64,000 nt of DNA from Octopus vulgaris (taxonomy: Eukaryota): NCBI GenBank assembly GCA_951406725.2, contig OX597819.1, forward strand, positions 3,968,001 through 4,032,000, read 5' to 3'. Below, piece after piece: positions 12,583-26,879 of this stretch (its first letter is position 1; each line of letters starts with the position of its first letter). A model generated the notes under the pieces. That model saw only the letters and a program-made list of their open reading frames with translations, was not told the DNA's origin and ran no database searches. The position numbers and the translations under genes were made by a program.

Positions 12583-13596
12583 ATCACTTAGAGTGTGAAA
12601 TCTGAGTGTGATTTTGTTTCTTCTTGCCGATCGAGAGATCACGTAGCGAATCTCACTCCTAAAATTTTCTTTATCGAGAATCATAGCCAGTTCTTCCCCA
12701 ATTCAGTCCGCTATTTTATCTTTCCGTTTGATATTTATCGTTGAAACATGAATTAGTACAATTTAATTTTATTTTCATTTCTGAAACAACAATGAGATAA
12801 AAGAAATAAAGTGTAATGAACCATTTGAGGAAAAAGGCACAACACAAATATTAACCGGAAGAATCAATAAATGACGGATGTAACGTTGTTTCATTGTTTT
12901 ATAGAAGATGTTAAATACGAAAATGCTTTTTTGTCACAAACGTGTTATGTAATTAGAAAAGCTGTGATGCCATTGCATAGAAGCCATGTATTAACAGAGA
13001 ATAAGTAACTTAGTTCAGCATATATCTCTACATGTCATGCTTGGTCAAATCGTCAATTTTGTATCCTGGCGTTCACTGAGTGTGTCGGGCCTTACGGCAT
13101 ATATAGAATGTATGTTTAATCATTTTACTCCTGTTTATGGTACTTAAATGACATGTTACAGTTTCCTTCGCATCTTCTTTAGTATGGCCAACATTGTGAC
13201 GTTTTCTTCTGGTGTTATTTCTATTAACATTGCTATATACTATAGAAACTTTCCAGTATTGTTTCACATCGCCTATGTAGAATAGCAATATATTGATACA
13301 TACGTGCATAGATATATATACACATATATACACACTTGTCTTTGTATTTTGTTGGGTTTTTTTTTGTAAATTCCAACTATGTACATACATACAGACAAAC
13401 ATATGCACACGCATAAGTATACATAGATACACACACACACACACACACAAATACACACACACACACACATACATATATATATATCTTACGTTATAAAATT
13501 AAGATTCAGCACGTTAGTCTTTGAATTGATCTGTGACAGGAAAAGCGACATTAATTGGAATCCATAATCCCGTCATCACGTGACATTGAAGTGTTG

Positions 13597-13702
13597 GCTG
13601 TTCGTACACATGCATCACACATCCTACGTTTCACTCTGAATGAGAGGCTCTTTGTTACCAGAAGAAGTAGGAGCTCTCTGAACTTTGCCCAGGCTATTCT
13701 TA
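13597..13702 (-). mobile_element. RTE-like LINE ORF2 fragment
   Basis: RIAWAKFRELLLLLVTKSLSFRVKRRMCDACVRTA, the segment that precedes the LLYGSETW motif. Confidence 0.75.
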
Positions 13703-14374
13703 AAACTTCAATGTCATACATACATACATACATACATACATACATACATACATACATACATACATTACATATATATATATATATATATATATATTATACA
13801 TACAACATACACTCACACATCCATATACAAACAAGTTGCAGAAAAGAAAAACACTGAAAGAAGAGGCAGAGGGGAGAATGAAAAGTGTGTGTGATTGTGT
13901 TTGAATGTATGAGTGTGTATGCAGGTGCGTATGACCCTGTGTGTGTCAGAGTATAAACTGGCTTTACTCTGATTAATGAATAGTTCAAAATTATTTTAAA
14001 TAATGTCACTCATCTAACTCCACATATGTTTGTTTATATGTTTTACTTCTCGTAATATGTATACGACTGTGCCCCTGTGTGTGTTTACAAATACATCGGT
14101 CTAAAAGCCCAGTGTTGCTTATGCTGAGACCTGTTTATGTAAACAGTATATAGAGATGAATTTGAGGCTAAGAGTATTACAGATAACAAAAAGCAATATC
14201 AAGTTGTTTACTTTTTCGCAGTTTTTGCGATGAAACGTAGAGAAAGTTTTTATCTCTGTTCCGCTGATTCTCTCTCTCTTTCTCTTTCTATCTCTCTCTT
14301 TCCTTCTGTTGTTGTCTCTCAGCCTCTCTTTCGCCCCTCTCCAAGTATGTGTGTATGATGTGTTTGTTTATATA

Positions 14375-14539
14375 ACTATGTACTGTGGTAAGAACAGTAC
14401 ATAGTTTCCCAAACGCATAGTCCAGGGTTTAGTCCTCCAGTGTCGCACCTTGAGCAAGTGTCTTTTACAATAGCCTCGGGCCAACAACAGCCTTGTGAAA
14501 GTGGAATTGTACTTGAAAGAAAGAAGCCCCTGGTATATA

Positions 14540-14574
<35 letters not shown>

Positions 14575-14808
14575 CTGTGTATGTGTGTGAGTGTGTGTGT
14601 GTCTTTGTGACTATATTTGTCCTCCACCACCACCACCTGACAACCGGTGTTGGTGTGTTTACGTCCCTCAGAGTTACGGTTCGGCGAGAAAAGATCGATA
14701 GAGCAAGCACCAGACTTCAAAAGCAAAGTACTGGGGTCGATTTATTCGACAAAAAGTTATTCAAGATGCTGCCCCAGCATAGCCTCTGTCTAATGACTGA
14801 ATAAGTAA
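14375..14808 (+). mobile_element. diverged SINE family B copy
   Basis: GTGGTAAG...CACCTTGAGCAAGTGTCTT...(TG)n...ACAACCGGTGTTGGTGTGTTTACGTCCC...TAATGACTGAA. Confidence 0.85.
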
Positions 14809-14960
14809 TATCTATCTATCTATCTATCTATAGACGAAACGACGCGAGGGCGCTCAGTCATACAATAGTGTAATAAATAAAATATATGCATACATACAAA
14901 CATATATGTACGTACCTACATCTACATGTATATATACATGCATATATAAATATATATATG

Positions 14961-15240
14961 TGAGTACAGGACACCACAAATAGACGTAGAACTCAACGAG
15001 AAACGTAAACATAAAAACAAAGGAACGGACTTTTTTTAACAACGAAAAAACAGAACACAGGACAAACAACACAAGGAAAATTCCCCTTCATCAGCTGTCC
15101 CCGGTTCGACTCCATGCGTGTTTCGAAGGTAAGGACAGAACACGCTCGTCGAACCAGTCATTCCTGCGAGGGAATTAAATAAAATTCCCTTGCAGAGGGG
15201 TAAAAACAAGGAAAGAAGAAATTGTGACAAGGACAGGACG
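14961..15240 (-). mobile_element. (TA)n-abutting element end, possibly Penelope-like
   Basis: Minus strand is T/C-rich and ends GTGGTGTCCTGTACTCA-(TA)n, like the end of 58870-59219. Confidence 0.45.
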
Positions 15241-15296
15241 TAAAAGCAGTATTTACACTGATTCAATATATTATTTCGTATATTCAATAACATTAC

Positions 15297-15335
15297 GGCT
15301 TCTGGTGAAGTGTCGCTGAAACAGTCGTAGAATTA
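15297..15335 (+). ncRNA. degenerate minimal hammerhead-like motif
   Basis: CTGGTGA-AGT(GTC)GCT-GAAA-C(AGTC)GTA; one core mismatch and a weak stem I. Confidence 0.35.
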
Positions 15336-15427
15336 CGCATTAAAACGAGTTTCTCACTGTATTCTCCTTGTCAAAGCTTACATACACACATGCGAATATA
15401 CATACGTACACACACACACACACAGAG

Positions 15428-15635
15428 AAAAGTTCCTGGCTTTAAGGGTGTCACAAAATGCCTGGCTGGGAGCCCGAATTTCCGAGTTCGTTTACAGGGT
15501 TTAGAAAAACAGAAGGCTCGCTGCAACAAGTGTGTGAGTCAAGTCTGAGAGAGGGATCTATTGAAAAAAAATCATAATTAACGGATTCTCCTGTATTTTC
15601 TTTTGGCCAAAGCCAGGAACTCTTCAGCACTCCCT

Positions 15636-15638
<3 letters not shown>
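15428..15638 (+). mobile_element. mariner-derived MITE
   Basis: Left AAAAGTTCCTGGCTTT; right AAAGCCAGGAACTCTTCAGCACTCCCTCG; internal RCNKCV remnant of the transposase C-terminus. Confidence 0.8.
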
Positions 15639-15713
<75 letters not shown>

Positions 15714-16614
15714 TGTGTGTGTGTGTGTGCATGCCTGTGTGTTTGTAGATAGATATTCGCGTATGCCGATGGGAAAACGGTATAAGTTGCATCGCATTAC
15801 GTATAAAAACACATCTGAGATAAACAGAGGCAAATAAGTACCTGAACGAAATATGTGCTAAGCTTCGTAGGAAAACTGCCCCAGTAGTAACAGAATAAAA
15901 TGATATACAGATCAAGAGAATTTGCACAGTAGTTGACTTTGGATGATGTCACGCTGACGTCATTTTCTATCCAGGAATAGCGAAGAACGGACTGGGACAT
16001 AAGTTGCACTCAGATTGGAAATGTGGGTGTGAATGCAACACAAATGGTTGCAGTGCGTATCACAGCTATTTCAGAGACAAGAGGAATCCGAAAATTTAGA
16101 TAGTTTCCGACGTTAGGAATACGTCTTCTAAATTTCTTTTGACCCAGTTCTTGATATTATTACACGTCTGTTTGTACACACGTAGGTGTATGTATATATG
16201 TAATTTGTCCATTATTATCTTATTTTTTCTAGCCCATCCAAGGGATATGCTTGTTTTGGAGACCGTATACTTATAAGATTAGATTGTGTATTCAAACAGG
16301 AACTGTGCTGAAAGATTGCCCATTTCTAGTGATAAATTTATCGTATGTTTGCGTTCTGTCTTATTTTAGTTCTAGAACAGAGGTTAATTTGTAAAAGTTC
16401 TTTTCTGTTAGTTAACTTCATTCTCAGTTCTTCCATGCAGCTTTTAATTTTTTTACGTTACTTGCACTTGTACTTATTTTATCATAATCTTTATCTTCCC
16501 ATTTATTTCTTTGGATTAATTATCTAATGTCATTTTTCACAGATGGTGACGTATAACCTATATTTCCTGTTTATTCTTGTATGAAATAAGTTAGGCTAGT
16601 AAGGAGGTCATATT

Positions 16615-16790
16615 GGTGAGCTGGTAGAATCGTTAGCACGCCGGGCGAAATGCTTAGCGGTATATTTCGTCTGTTTTCCCGTTCTGAGTTTAAATTCTGC
16701 CTTCGGGTCGATAAAATAAGTACCAGTTAAGTACTGGGGTCGATGTAATCGACTATCCCCTTCCCCAAAATTTCCGGTCTTGTACTAGTA
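16615..16790 (+). mobile_element. SINE family A copy with internal deletion
   Basis: GGTGAGCTGGTAGAATCGTTAGCACGCCGGGCGAAATGC...GTCGATAAAATAAGTACCAG. Confidence 0.88.
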
Positions 16791-17101
16791 TCTAGTGGTT
16801 TGTGTTTTATGTCCAACTACTTAGCAAGATTTTCTATTTCTAAACTTGGACGCTTCATTGTCTACGTGATAATAATATTGTTTAGTAATATTCTTTATTG
16901 GAGTTATTATATTTTACAGTGTACTTAGCATAAAATCCTTTTCTGTCTAATGTTTCCTTTCAATAGGTCTCAAGTCAAGGGGCAGTGACCTGTTGGCAGT
17001 GTACAATATGTAATGGAGTGATGGAGAAGTGTTTTAAGGTGGTGCAACATTATTAATGCAAGTCATTTTCTGGATGTCGAATGTCTTATATATGTAGCTA
17101 G

Positions 17102-17481
17102 TGGAGGTGCAATAGCCCAGTGGTTAGGGCAGAGGACTCGCGGTCGCGGAATCGCGGTTTCGATTCCCAAACTGGGCGTTGTGAGTATTTATTGAGCGAA
17201 AATACCTATAGCTTCACGAGGCTCCGACTGGGGGTGATGGCGAACCCTGCTGTACTCTTTCCCCACAGCTTTCTCTCACTCTTCTTTCCTGTCTCTGTTC
17301 TACCTGTATTTCAAAGGGCCAACCTTGTCACACTCTGTGTCACGCTGAATCTCCCCGAGAGCTACGTTAAGGGTACACATGTCTGTGGAGTGCTCAACCA
17401 CTTGCACGTTAATTTCTCGATCAGGCTGTTCCATTGATCGGATCAACTGGAACCCTCGTCGTCGCAACCGACGGAGTGCCA
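17102..17481 (+). mobile_element. tRNA-derived SINE family C
   Basis: tRNA-like head TAGCCCAGTGGTTAGGGCAG...GTTTCGATTCCC; its 3' part matches 44780-44977 on the minus strand. Confidence 0.8.
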
Positions 17482-18697
17482 CGTAGAAGAAGATATGTAA
17501 CTAGTACTACTTCAGTATTGAGGTACTTTTGAACATATAAAATATCAACTATGGTTCTGGGTTAAAATGTTTTCAGGACATTAATTCTCTGCATTTTGGG
17601 GTTATTTACCTTAAATTATCGTAAGATGTCATCAGATATTAGGAGACTCAGCACTTATAGTAACTTTGGAGGTTTGGTTATTTTCGATGTGAGGAAAAAC
17701 TGAAAATGAAAACTGTCGTTGTTACTTTAACCTATGCCATGCCTGCTTTAGTAAACCTATATCAAAGATATTATTTTAGAGGATAATTTACAAAATTTTC
17801 TGGAGGATGCTACAACAAATTGATCAAATGCTGTAAAAACCCTGTTTCGGAACTATATATGGCAACTGAACGGACTTATTCTGCAATCTTTTACGAAGTC
17901 TAGTCTTGGCTTAAAAGACATGAATGCTAGAGGTATGAGTGGTTGAGATAGGAATAATAGAAGTAGGAGTGTGAAAGAGTGCAATTTCCTGTATAGGGAA
18001 CTCCTAGTAAGAGATTACTAGTTTCTATGAAATGATTGTCTCATTATTATATTTAATAATAGCTTTACAGAAAGTATCTATTCACTTTGACATCGAGGTA
18101 GAATGTACTATAAGAAAGTCATTAATTTTAAACCGAGTCTACAATAAATCGAACAAGTGTACTTCTACATTGTTCTCTTGGATTTCAGTCAAGCTGGGAA
18201 CAGTCAGTCTGTATTCGAATGAGATATGAGCGACTTATAGCAGCACCAATTATTATACTCGTACTTTTACATAGAATACTATATACTGTTATCTGTTACA
18301 CTTCCACATAATAGAGTAAACAGTAAAAATATGTATATATACATATTTCCGTATGCATATATACATATTATGTTATATATGAGTATATGTATTTCACTGT
18401 CGGTACACACAATCATCGTAGCTTTGTGAAGGTGCACTTTTTCGATGTGACAGTTAGCGAAATGTTGAAGACGAAGATAAATCATATGAATGCGAATAAT
18501 TGGTTACGAAAATGATTTATTTCTCTGGAACAGCCAGGCAACTCTTCGACATAGAGAAGCAACAGATGTGATTAATTAACTGATATTTGACGTTCTACAC
18601 TCTAACAATACACCAAGGAATGTTCAGCAGAACTTTATACAGAACCCTGCTGCAATTGCTTCATTAGGTATACATAACTAACATTAGTATGTAATGT

Positions 18698-18731
18698 GAT
18701 ATACATACATTCACACACACATACACACACG

Positions 18732-18780
<49 letters not shown>

Positions 18781-18901
18781 ACACATACACACACACACAC
18801 ATATATATATACATATGTGTGTGTATCCATAATACTCATAAACATATACATATATATATATTACTAGACGGACACAGATACACACGCATGTGTGCGCATG
18901 T

Positions 18902-18940
<39 letters not shown>

Positions 18941-18962
18941 TGTGTCGGTGTGTGTATGTGTG
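18698..18962. repeat. (CA)n ... (TG)n microsatellite complex
   Basis: Direct reading. Confidence 0.9.
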
Positions 18963-20612
18963 ATTGGTTTAGGCAGAGATAGAAGAACCCTAACCATTTA
19001 TCTTTATTGCTATTTTGGGTCGTCCAGTATGTCTTCTGCCTTGTTGCTCTTTTTATTATGCTAAATTTGTTGAGGGTTGAATTGCAAGCAGGCACAAAAT
19101 ATATAATCAAAGAAGCTCCTCAACTTTAGACAATGAATCAAACTTTATTTTGTACAAATAAAATATATACAAACGCTGTAAAAATCATCAGTCTCATCCA
19201 TGGAGCATAAAAATTGAATACATCAGAAATATAAGCCAATCTATATGAGGAACAAGTAAAGAAAAACTGATTGTAGCGAATGAATGAAATTATTTTTATG
19301 TGGAATGCTTGGAGACAACTTTGGAACTAACGAGAGCTTTGTTCACTGGGAGATAAACCGCCTGCCCTTTTTCCCCCTCTCTCTTCTTAGCCATTACTTC
19401 ATTATTTTTCTCTATTCCGGGTAGTTTACTCCTTAACCCCAGAAATCAGAGAGCCGTATACTGCTGGTCACACAGTGATTCTATTGTTTTTTTTACCACC
19501 TGATGAGATCTATTGTTCTCGATATAGAATGTTCTGTAAGGCAAAACTTGCCAAGAGATAAGATTCTACATATTTCCTTTATATCGTGTATCAGAAGATA
19601 GGCCTTTCACTTTGTAAAGTAAATGCTGCAACGTCGAGTAATTCTAAATTCATTTGAACATTTGTTGAGCGATCTTTCGAAAGATAACCCACAAATTATA
19701 TCATTACGTGTTTTAACACGTTATGATATAATTTGTGGATATGCTAATGTGTATATATTGTTGCCCAGCAAACACGCACACTCACATATATATATACCCA
19801 TACATTCCCCATATATGTGTGGGGATGTGTATAAATATCTGTGTGTATGTATAACATTTGTGTCCCTGTATGCTTGTCTGTGCTGCGCTCATGTATCTGT
19901 CATGTATGCGTATAAGTGTTTGATGCTGTAATACAATCAGTGCTGCTAGTCATATATGAGAACACGCCCACTGAGACAAAGAGGCAGGACACATACTTTT
20001 CTATTGATAATCGATGTAGATATTTTTCTTTTTGTTTAACTTTTCAAATTTAGAAAATTGTTTTTCATGAGAACCAATGCTGTTAATGCAGTGTTGCCGT
20101 CGCTATTTCTAAAAAAGTATCCACGAGGCTAATGATTCGGAATATCGTATTTATACAAAGAATGTAATGAAAGTTAAATTGACACATCTCTTCAAAATGT
20201 GCAAAAAAAGTTCATTATGAATCATTCATTCAAGTTCAGCAATATTTTCGAACACTTCTACATATAATATTATTACCTTCTTGTATTTGGCAAATATTGT
20301 TTAAACCAAATTTTCCTTTTTAAACACCTTCACGGCTCATGAAGTAAATTTTAGACAAATTCTTTCTTGAATAGGACTGCATCTGCTCTCAGTAACGTCT
20401 GTAGATAATAGGATGTCTATTCGCAATAAGCAGACGAATAATGATAATCTGAAATAGTTTTCATTTGAGGAAGAGGCTCTTCTTTTATTATTAACTTGAT
20501 CTTTACGCAATCTTAACAAGCAAATCAATCTAATCCATACTTCTTATTGTATTATTGTTTTGATACGAAAAAATATAGTTTAGGCGGGATTTTAATATGT
20601 AATAGAGTGAGT

Positions 20613-20839
20613 TACTCTTTTACTCTTTTACTCTTTTACTTGTTTCAGTCATTTGACTGCGGCCATGCTGGAGCACCGCCTTTAGTCGAGCACATCGACC
20701 CCAGGACTTATTCTTTGTAAGCCCAGTACTTATTCTATCGGTCTCTTTTGCCGAACCGCTAAGTAACGGGGACGTAAACTCACCAGCATCGGTTGTCAAG
20801 CAATGCTGGGGGGACAAACACAGACACACAAACACACAT

Positions 20840-20871
<32 letters not shown>

Positions 20872-21041
20872 ATATATACGACAGGCTTCTTTCAGTTTCC
20901 GTCTACCAAATCCACTCACAAGGCATTGGTGGGCCCGGGGCTATAGCAGAAGACACTTGCCCAAGATGCCACGCAGTGAGACTGAACCCGGAACCATGTG
21001 GTTGGTTAGCAAGCTACTTACCACACAGCCACTCCTGCGCC
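20613..21041 (-). mobile_element. near-consensus SINE family B copy
   Basis: Full head-to-tail match with the copies at 27708 and 59280. Confidence 0.95.
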
Positions 21042-21809
21042 TATACAGTTGTACAGGTATACAGATATTTTTCCGAGAAGAGTTATGTATTATTGTGTCT
21101 GATCATCAGAAAGGAAAAATAAACTGCCTATGTTTTTTTAGTCCAATATATTTATCTTCTCACCATGTATGTATAATGAAGAAATAAAAAAAATATCATT
21201 TAAAAATAAAAAAAATTGCTTATATACAAATCCAGCTAAAAACTCGATAATATTCAGCTATCCTTCTGAAAGTATGCCACATACCAACGAGAAAATTAAT
21301 AGAATAACCTTAATAACGATATAACTATTTATAAGTGTTAAATGGTATTTATGTCACCTCTATAATTACAAAAGAAAAAACGATCCCTTGTCAAGATGCT
21401 TACAATGCGTCTACGGTAATACAAGATGTATTTTGCAGATCTTCATAATACGTGTACAATATATGATCGATGCTTCAGCGAATATTATTTGGAAATATAT
21501 TATAAGTATAAATTTCTCAGAAAACACATTACCTATATCACTGCATCAGGAAATGAATTTAAAACAAAAATATGAGTCCATAAAATTTACATCGATTAAG
21601 TAATACAAATAATTTCAAACAATCATAATGTTTTTTTAAAATTTTTGTTTTGGAAGAATTGTTTCGTTTTCAGTAGAACTGCATGTAGACCTAAAACCAA
21701 GTGATTATGAAGAGCAAATATGTGCACAGCTAAATATGGCATTGTCAAGAGCCTGATGCTTTGACACCTGTTTTATTTTCTAATATACTCTTTTACGTGT
21801 GGGACTCCA

Positions 21810-21995
21810 GTTATTGCTTAGCCCTTGGTCAACCTTGATTGGTCAGATATATCACAAAATGATCCCGTGTACTTTAGAAGTATCTAAGATTTGATTGTCT
21901 CATGCCTAACTATCCTTTTTTAAACAGCGGTGTGATATTTGAAAGAAATTTGGCTGCGATCATTTGCAGGCCGAGCGACCATGTACGAGGGTCTT
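21810..21995. repeat. old interspersed repeat; related pieces at ~12525-12595 and, inverted, 34595-34790
   Basis: Shared ATTTGA..GA.ATT(T)GGCT...GCAGG.CGAGCG.CCA motif. Confidence 0.5.
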
Positions 21996-22566
21996 TTAAC
22001 TCAGTGATTTCTAACAATTTCGATACCATAAATGTCAACTGAAAGTGGTTCATAGATGCCCAATTGGACAATATATATACACTATGTATTTGCAGTGAAT
22101 CTTCATACGAAAATGATTTGGAATAATCTGCACACACGATTTATAGGCCGACAAGTTAAGCTCTTTACAGAAGATGTGAAGAAAGTAGTGGTATTCATGA
22201 ATTTACAAAAATATTATTGACAGTGTGAGGAAATAATCATGTTATTTCAAACGGAAATATTAATGCATTGTCATGTTTCCAACAAAGATAAACAATGACA
22301 ATGTTAAAAACATGAGATACACAGCAGAGGAAATCATCGGAAAAGAGATATTTATTACAAAGGCTTCAATGATTGGTCATTTCTTCTGTACAGTACACAT
22401 CTAACGAACATCAAATTGCTTCGTTTTTGTACATTAACACATCTATTGATATTAACGATTATTTATAGCTAAGCAAATTGCATCCAACATGCACAAATAC
22501 ATATCCATTCATATTAATGAGTGACATAAAGAAAGAGTGGGATTGAGCGATTCAGTGGATAGAAAT

Positions 22567-22950
22567 TATATATATATATACTTACATGCATACATACAAA
22601 CATACATACACACACATATATATATACATGCATATATATATAGTATATATATATATCCATATATATATATATATATATATAGTATATATATATCCATACA
22701 TATATATATATATGAGTGTGTATATACATATATGCATACATACCTACATACATACATGCACATTATATATATATATTATATACACACACATACATACACA
22801 CGTATATATATATGTGTGTGTATGTATGTATATACATATATACACATACATACATACACGTATATATATCTATGTATGCATATGTATGTGTGTGTGAATG
22901 TCGTTACATACATAGATATAACGTAAATCTATTTATTAAGATATACATAC

Positions 22951-22986
<36 letters not shown>
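22567..22986. repeat. degenerate TA/CATA/TG microsatellite field
   Basis: Direct reading. Confidence 0.9.
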
Positions 22987-24488
22987 CTTATTGATTTTGT
23001 GATTGCAGGGATCTGCTTCTATGTTATGTTTTAGCTATTCATTCATTTCTGTATGTCAGGATATATACAAAAAAATTAAATGGAAATGTGTATGTGCGTG
23101 TGTATGTGTATATAGGTGTGTGTATGCGTGTGTGTGCGTAGAGTCATATACATGTCTGTGAGGCGAAAAGTAAAATCCTGCGTTTTCACGCATGCGTCTA
23201 CTCTTTCCACTGAAACGCATCTCTAGAAATTCCCTGTTAGTTTTGTTTATCAATTCAACAAAAACTTGCAAAGAACATATTGATTGAATAACTTGTCAGT
23301 CTTAGAAAAAAAATTCATTCAATATTAATGAACAAAACAAACAATAAAGATGCCTGCGTGCATCTGTGCGCATTCGTATATGTGTGCATAAACGTTTGCA
23401 TGGATCTGCATTTATGCATTTATATTTAGGTATACATACACAAAGAGGGCAGTGAGACATAGATAACAGGAGACGTGTGTGTGTGTGTATGTATGTATGT
23501 ATGTATGTATGTATGTATGTATGTATGGGTCTGTACTACAGTCCATACATACATATGTTGTTTTAAAATATTTGTTACATCTCAACATACATAATAGTAA
23601 CGAAATACAAATGTTAATTTGATTAACAGTATTTCTGTTTTTCACAAGTTACTAGATATTTCTAGTTAAGGAATTTAATTGGGCAAAGAACCTATTTCTG
23701 CCAAATTTGCTGAATGTCTTGTATTTCATAGTATTTTAGAAAGCGAATTTGAATCAGTGCGTTTGCCCTGCATACGTGTGTATGTGCGTGCGTGTGTGTC
23801 TGTCTGCCTGTCTGCCTATGTATGCATGTGTGTGTGCGTGCGAGTGTGTGTGTATGTATGTATGCATATGTATACGTATATGAGTATGTGTGTGTTTGTA
23901 TTTATGTATGCTACATATATATCTATTCATATCTATATTTATATGTATACAAACATGTATATATATATATCTCTTATGATAAAAGGCAGATTTTCTCTGT
24001 CTGTTACCATGTTCGTTTTTAATACAATTGTACAATATACAAAATTTCTTCAATTCTATGATTTTTCGAAGTAGATTCGATTGGGTCATGGCATATAAAT
24101 TTTTTTCAATTTGACCCCCAATTAAGCAAAAATTAGATCAAACTCAATATTTTACGATTTGCCTCTCTCATTTCTAATGCTTCACTCTTTCTATTACCAC
24201 ACTTTCTGCTACTTTCTCTTTGCAAGTGTACACACACATATACACGCAAACATATACATATACGATTGCCTCTCTCATTTCAAATGTGTATGTCGTGAGA
24301 ATGTGGTTATACTAACAGGATACATACCTTTGTCCAAGGATGAAGTGTTTAAGCTGTGATAATTTACTTGAAAAATAATATACATACATAAAAGCGCGCA
24401 CACACAGAGACATATATACACATACAAATATATATATATATATATGCTCATCATTATGCAATACAATTGTATATTTACAAATTATACA

Positions 24489-24496
<8 letters not shown>

Positions 24497-24553
<57 letters not shown>
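24497..24553. repeat. (TA)n microsatellite
   Basis: Direct reading. Confidence 0.95.
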
Positions 24554-24555
<2 letters not shown>

Positions 24556-25751
24556 GATGCAAACATCTACGTGTAATTTTTTGCATCCTGAAATCAATCC
24601 TATATGAAGATTACGAAACGGCCGTAGCCATATAGAATTCATATGGATAAATAAATGTATCTTCACCTCTCGTACCTCCTGGCTTTATACACTGTATGTC
24701 TGTGTTTGTGAGTGTGTGTGTATTTATAGATATGTACACACACGATACATACATATACATGTGTGTATATATATATATATGCATATATGTATGTATGTAT
24801 GTAAGTATGTATGTATGTATGTATGTATGTATGTATATAAGTATGTATGTATTGGTGTTCTTCTGATTATGAAAACAAATCTACATTATGTATAAAAGCA
24901 CCAGATTTATTCACACGATTTTCTGTGAAATTTTATAATTCTTTCGAGATAATATTTGCTAATGATATTTCGATGAATAAATTCCCTTTGTGCTGTACGT
25001 ATCAACTCCTATACACCTCTTACTTTAATCTCTAGATGATATGTCACACGGCTATTTGAACACACCTTGCTCTTTAACCATATTCTCTCGGCAGTGGCAT
25101 TTTGAATGCACACTCCTCTTATCTCAATTTCTTCCCACGTTAAGAGAAAAACTATATATGCTTAATTTTTATTGAATCATTAATATTTTTCGATTATCTT
25201 TTCTCTCAGAACATACTGTAAGCCTCCAGCTGCACGATAAATTCCATCATTTTAATATCCAACCGAAAATGCGATAAAATGTAACAGAACACAGCTAAGT
25301 GACATATTTAATTTGTTTGAAGTGAAAGCTGTCGTTAAAACGAGTGAACATACCTTCGTGTCTGCGTTCTTGTTAGATACAGAAATGCAATAAATGTTTT
25401 ATTTTCACTACTCCTGTATGTTTTTCTTCTAATTTTTTCTTATGTATTACTGTTACTTAAATAACCTCGGAATACTAGCATCAATGGAAACATTTGAGCG
25501 ATTTGAGTATAGAAATATGACACTAAACTTATATCTTGTCTCATTTTGTTTCGACGCTCCCACATTTACTGAGGTAGATAGTTAAGAATTTTTTCTGTAT
25601 CATCTCTTCGGGACTTTTGCCTGAAAGGAAAGTTATAAATGGTCAGGTGCGTGATAGTCTTACGAGTATGTTTTCTGTTCGTCAATGATTCTAATATGAA
25701 AGAAAGACTTGGAAGTATTTTTAAACCAGATATGACAAACGATGACAGAAC

Positions 25752-26300
25752 ATTAGTCTCAAATATTGGCACAATGCCACCAATTTCGTGCAGGGGCAAA
25801 GTTGATTACATCGATTGGCATTTATTCTATCGATCCCAAATATGAAAGGCAAAGTCGACCTCGGCGAAATTTGAACTCAGAACGTAAAGACGAGCGAAGT
25901 GCCCCAAAGCATTTTGTCCTACGTGCTAACAATTCTGGAAATTCATCGCCTGAATGGGTGACAAAATACTGGTTTCTCATTTTGGCACAAGGCCTGACAT
26001 TTCATGGAAGCGGTGAAGTCGATTACAGTGTTAAACTGGTACATATTTTATAGACCCCCCCGAAAGGATGAAAGGCGAAATCGACCACGGCAGAATTTGA
26101 ACTCAGAACGTAAACACAGACAAATTGCTACTAAACATTTTGTTCGATGTACTAATGACTCTGGCAGGTCACTGCCTAAATGGATGACAGAATATTGTCG
26201 CCAAATATGCCTCGCTTTTTTTCCTACATCCTTTTTAATTATGAATCCAAATCCCGCCATGTTCGACTTTGCCTTTCATCCCTACGAAGTCTATAAAATA
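25752..26300. mobile_element. SINE family A cluster: two tandem minus copies (~25752-25950, ~25968-26178) and a plus fragment (~26240-26300)
   Basis: Repeated ATGAAAGGC.AA.TCGACC.CGGC..AATTTGAACTCAGAACGTAAA. Confidence 0.85.
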
Positions 26301-26574
26301 TGTATATGTGGGCGATATACTCAATTTCCTTCGTCGCCAACATGTCTGCCTCATGACTATGTCAGATATCATGATTTGCTTTTTATTCATTTATCATAGT
26401 ATGGCAAAAGCGAGTGAGTAAGTGCCTAACTAAATTATTTATAATATTTAGTTCCGTCACTTTATTTATTGAGTTCAAATCTTTATTATTTCCAGTACCG
26501 ATAAAATAGTATCAGGTTATATCACTGCCAAGGAACCGATCAACCAAGCACATTCCCTTCAAATATCTTTTATC

Positions 26575-26783
26575 TTATACTTGTTCTAGTCATTAGATTG
26601 CGTCTATGCCGGAGCACCACCTTGAAGACAGTCGAATGAATCGACCCAGTACTTATTTTTTGAAAGCCTGGTATTTCTTCTATCGGTCTCTTTTGCCGAA
26701 CCGTTATCCTACAGGGACGTAACAGCTGTTGTCAAGCGATGCTGGGTGACAAGCGTGCGCGCACGCACACGCACACACACACA

Positions 26784-26815
<32 letters not shown>

Positions 26816-26829
26816 TACACACACACACG

Positions 26830-26879
<50 letters not shown>

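Noticed and set aside
17102-17175. Possible tRNA gene
   Set aside because: No clean cloverleaf, and it continues into a SINE body that is repeated at 44780.
19496-19535. CTGATGAG...CTCGATA hammerhead-like string
   Set aside because: GATA instead of GAAA, and no stem I or stem III.
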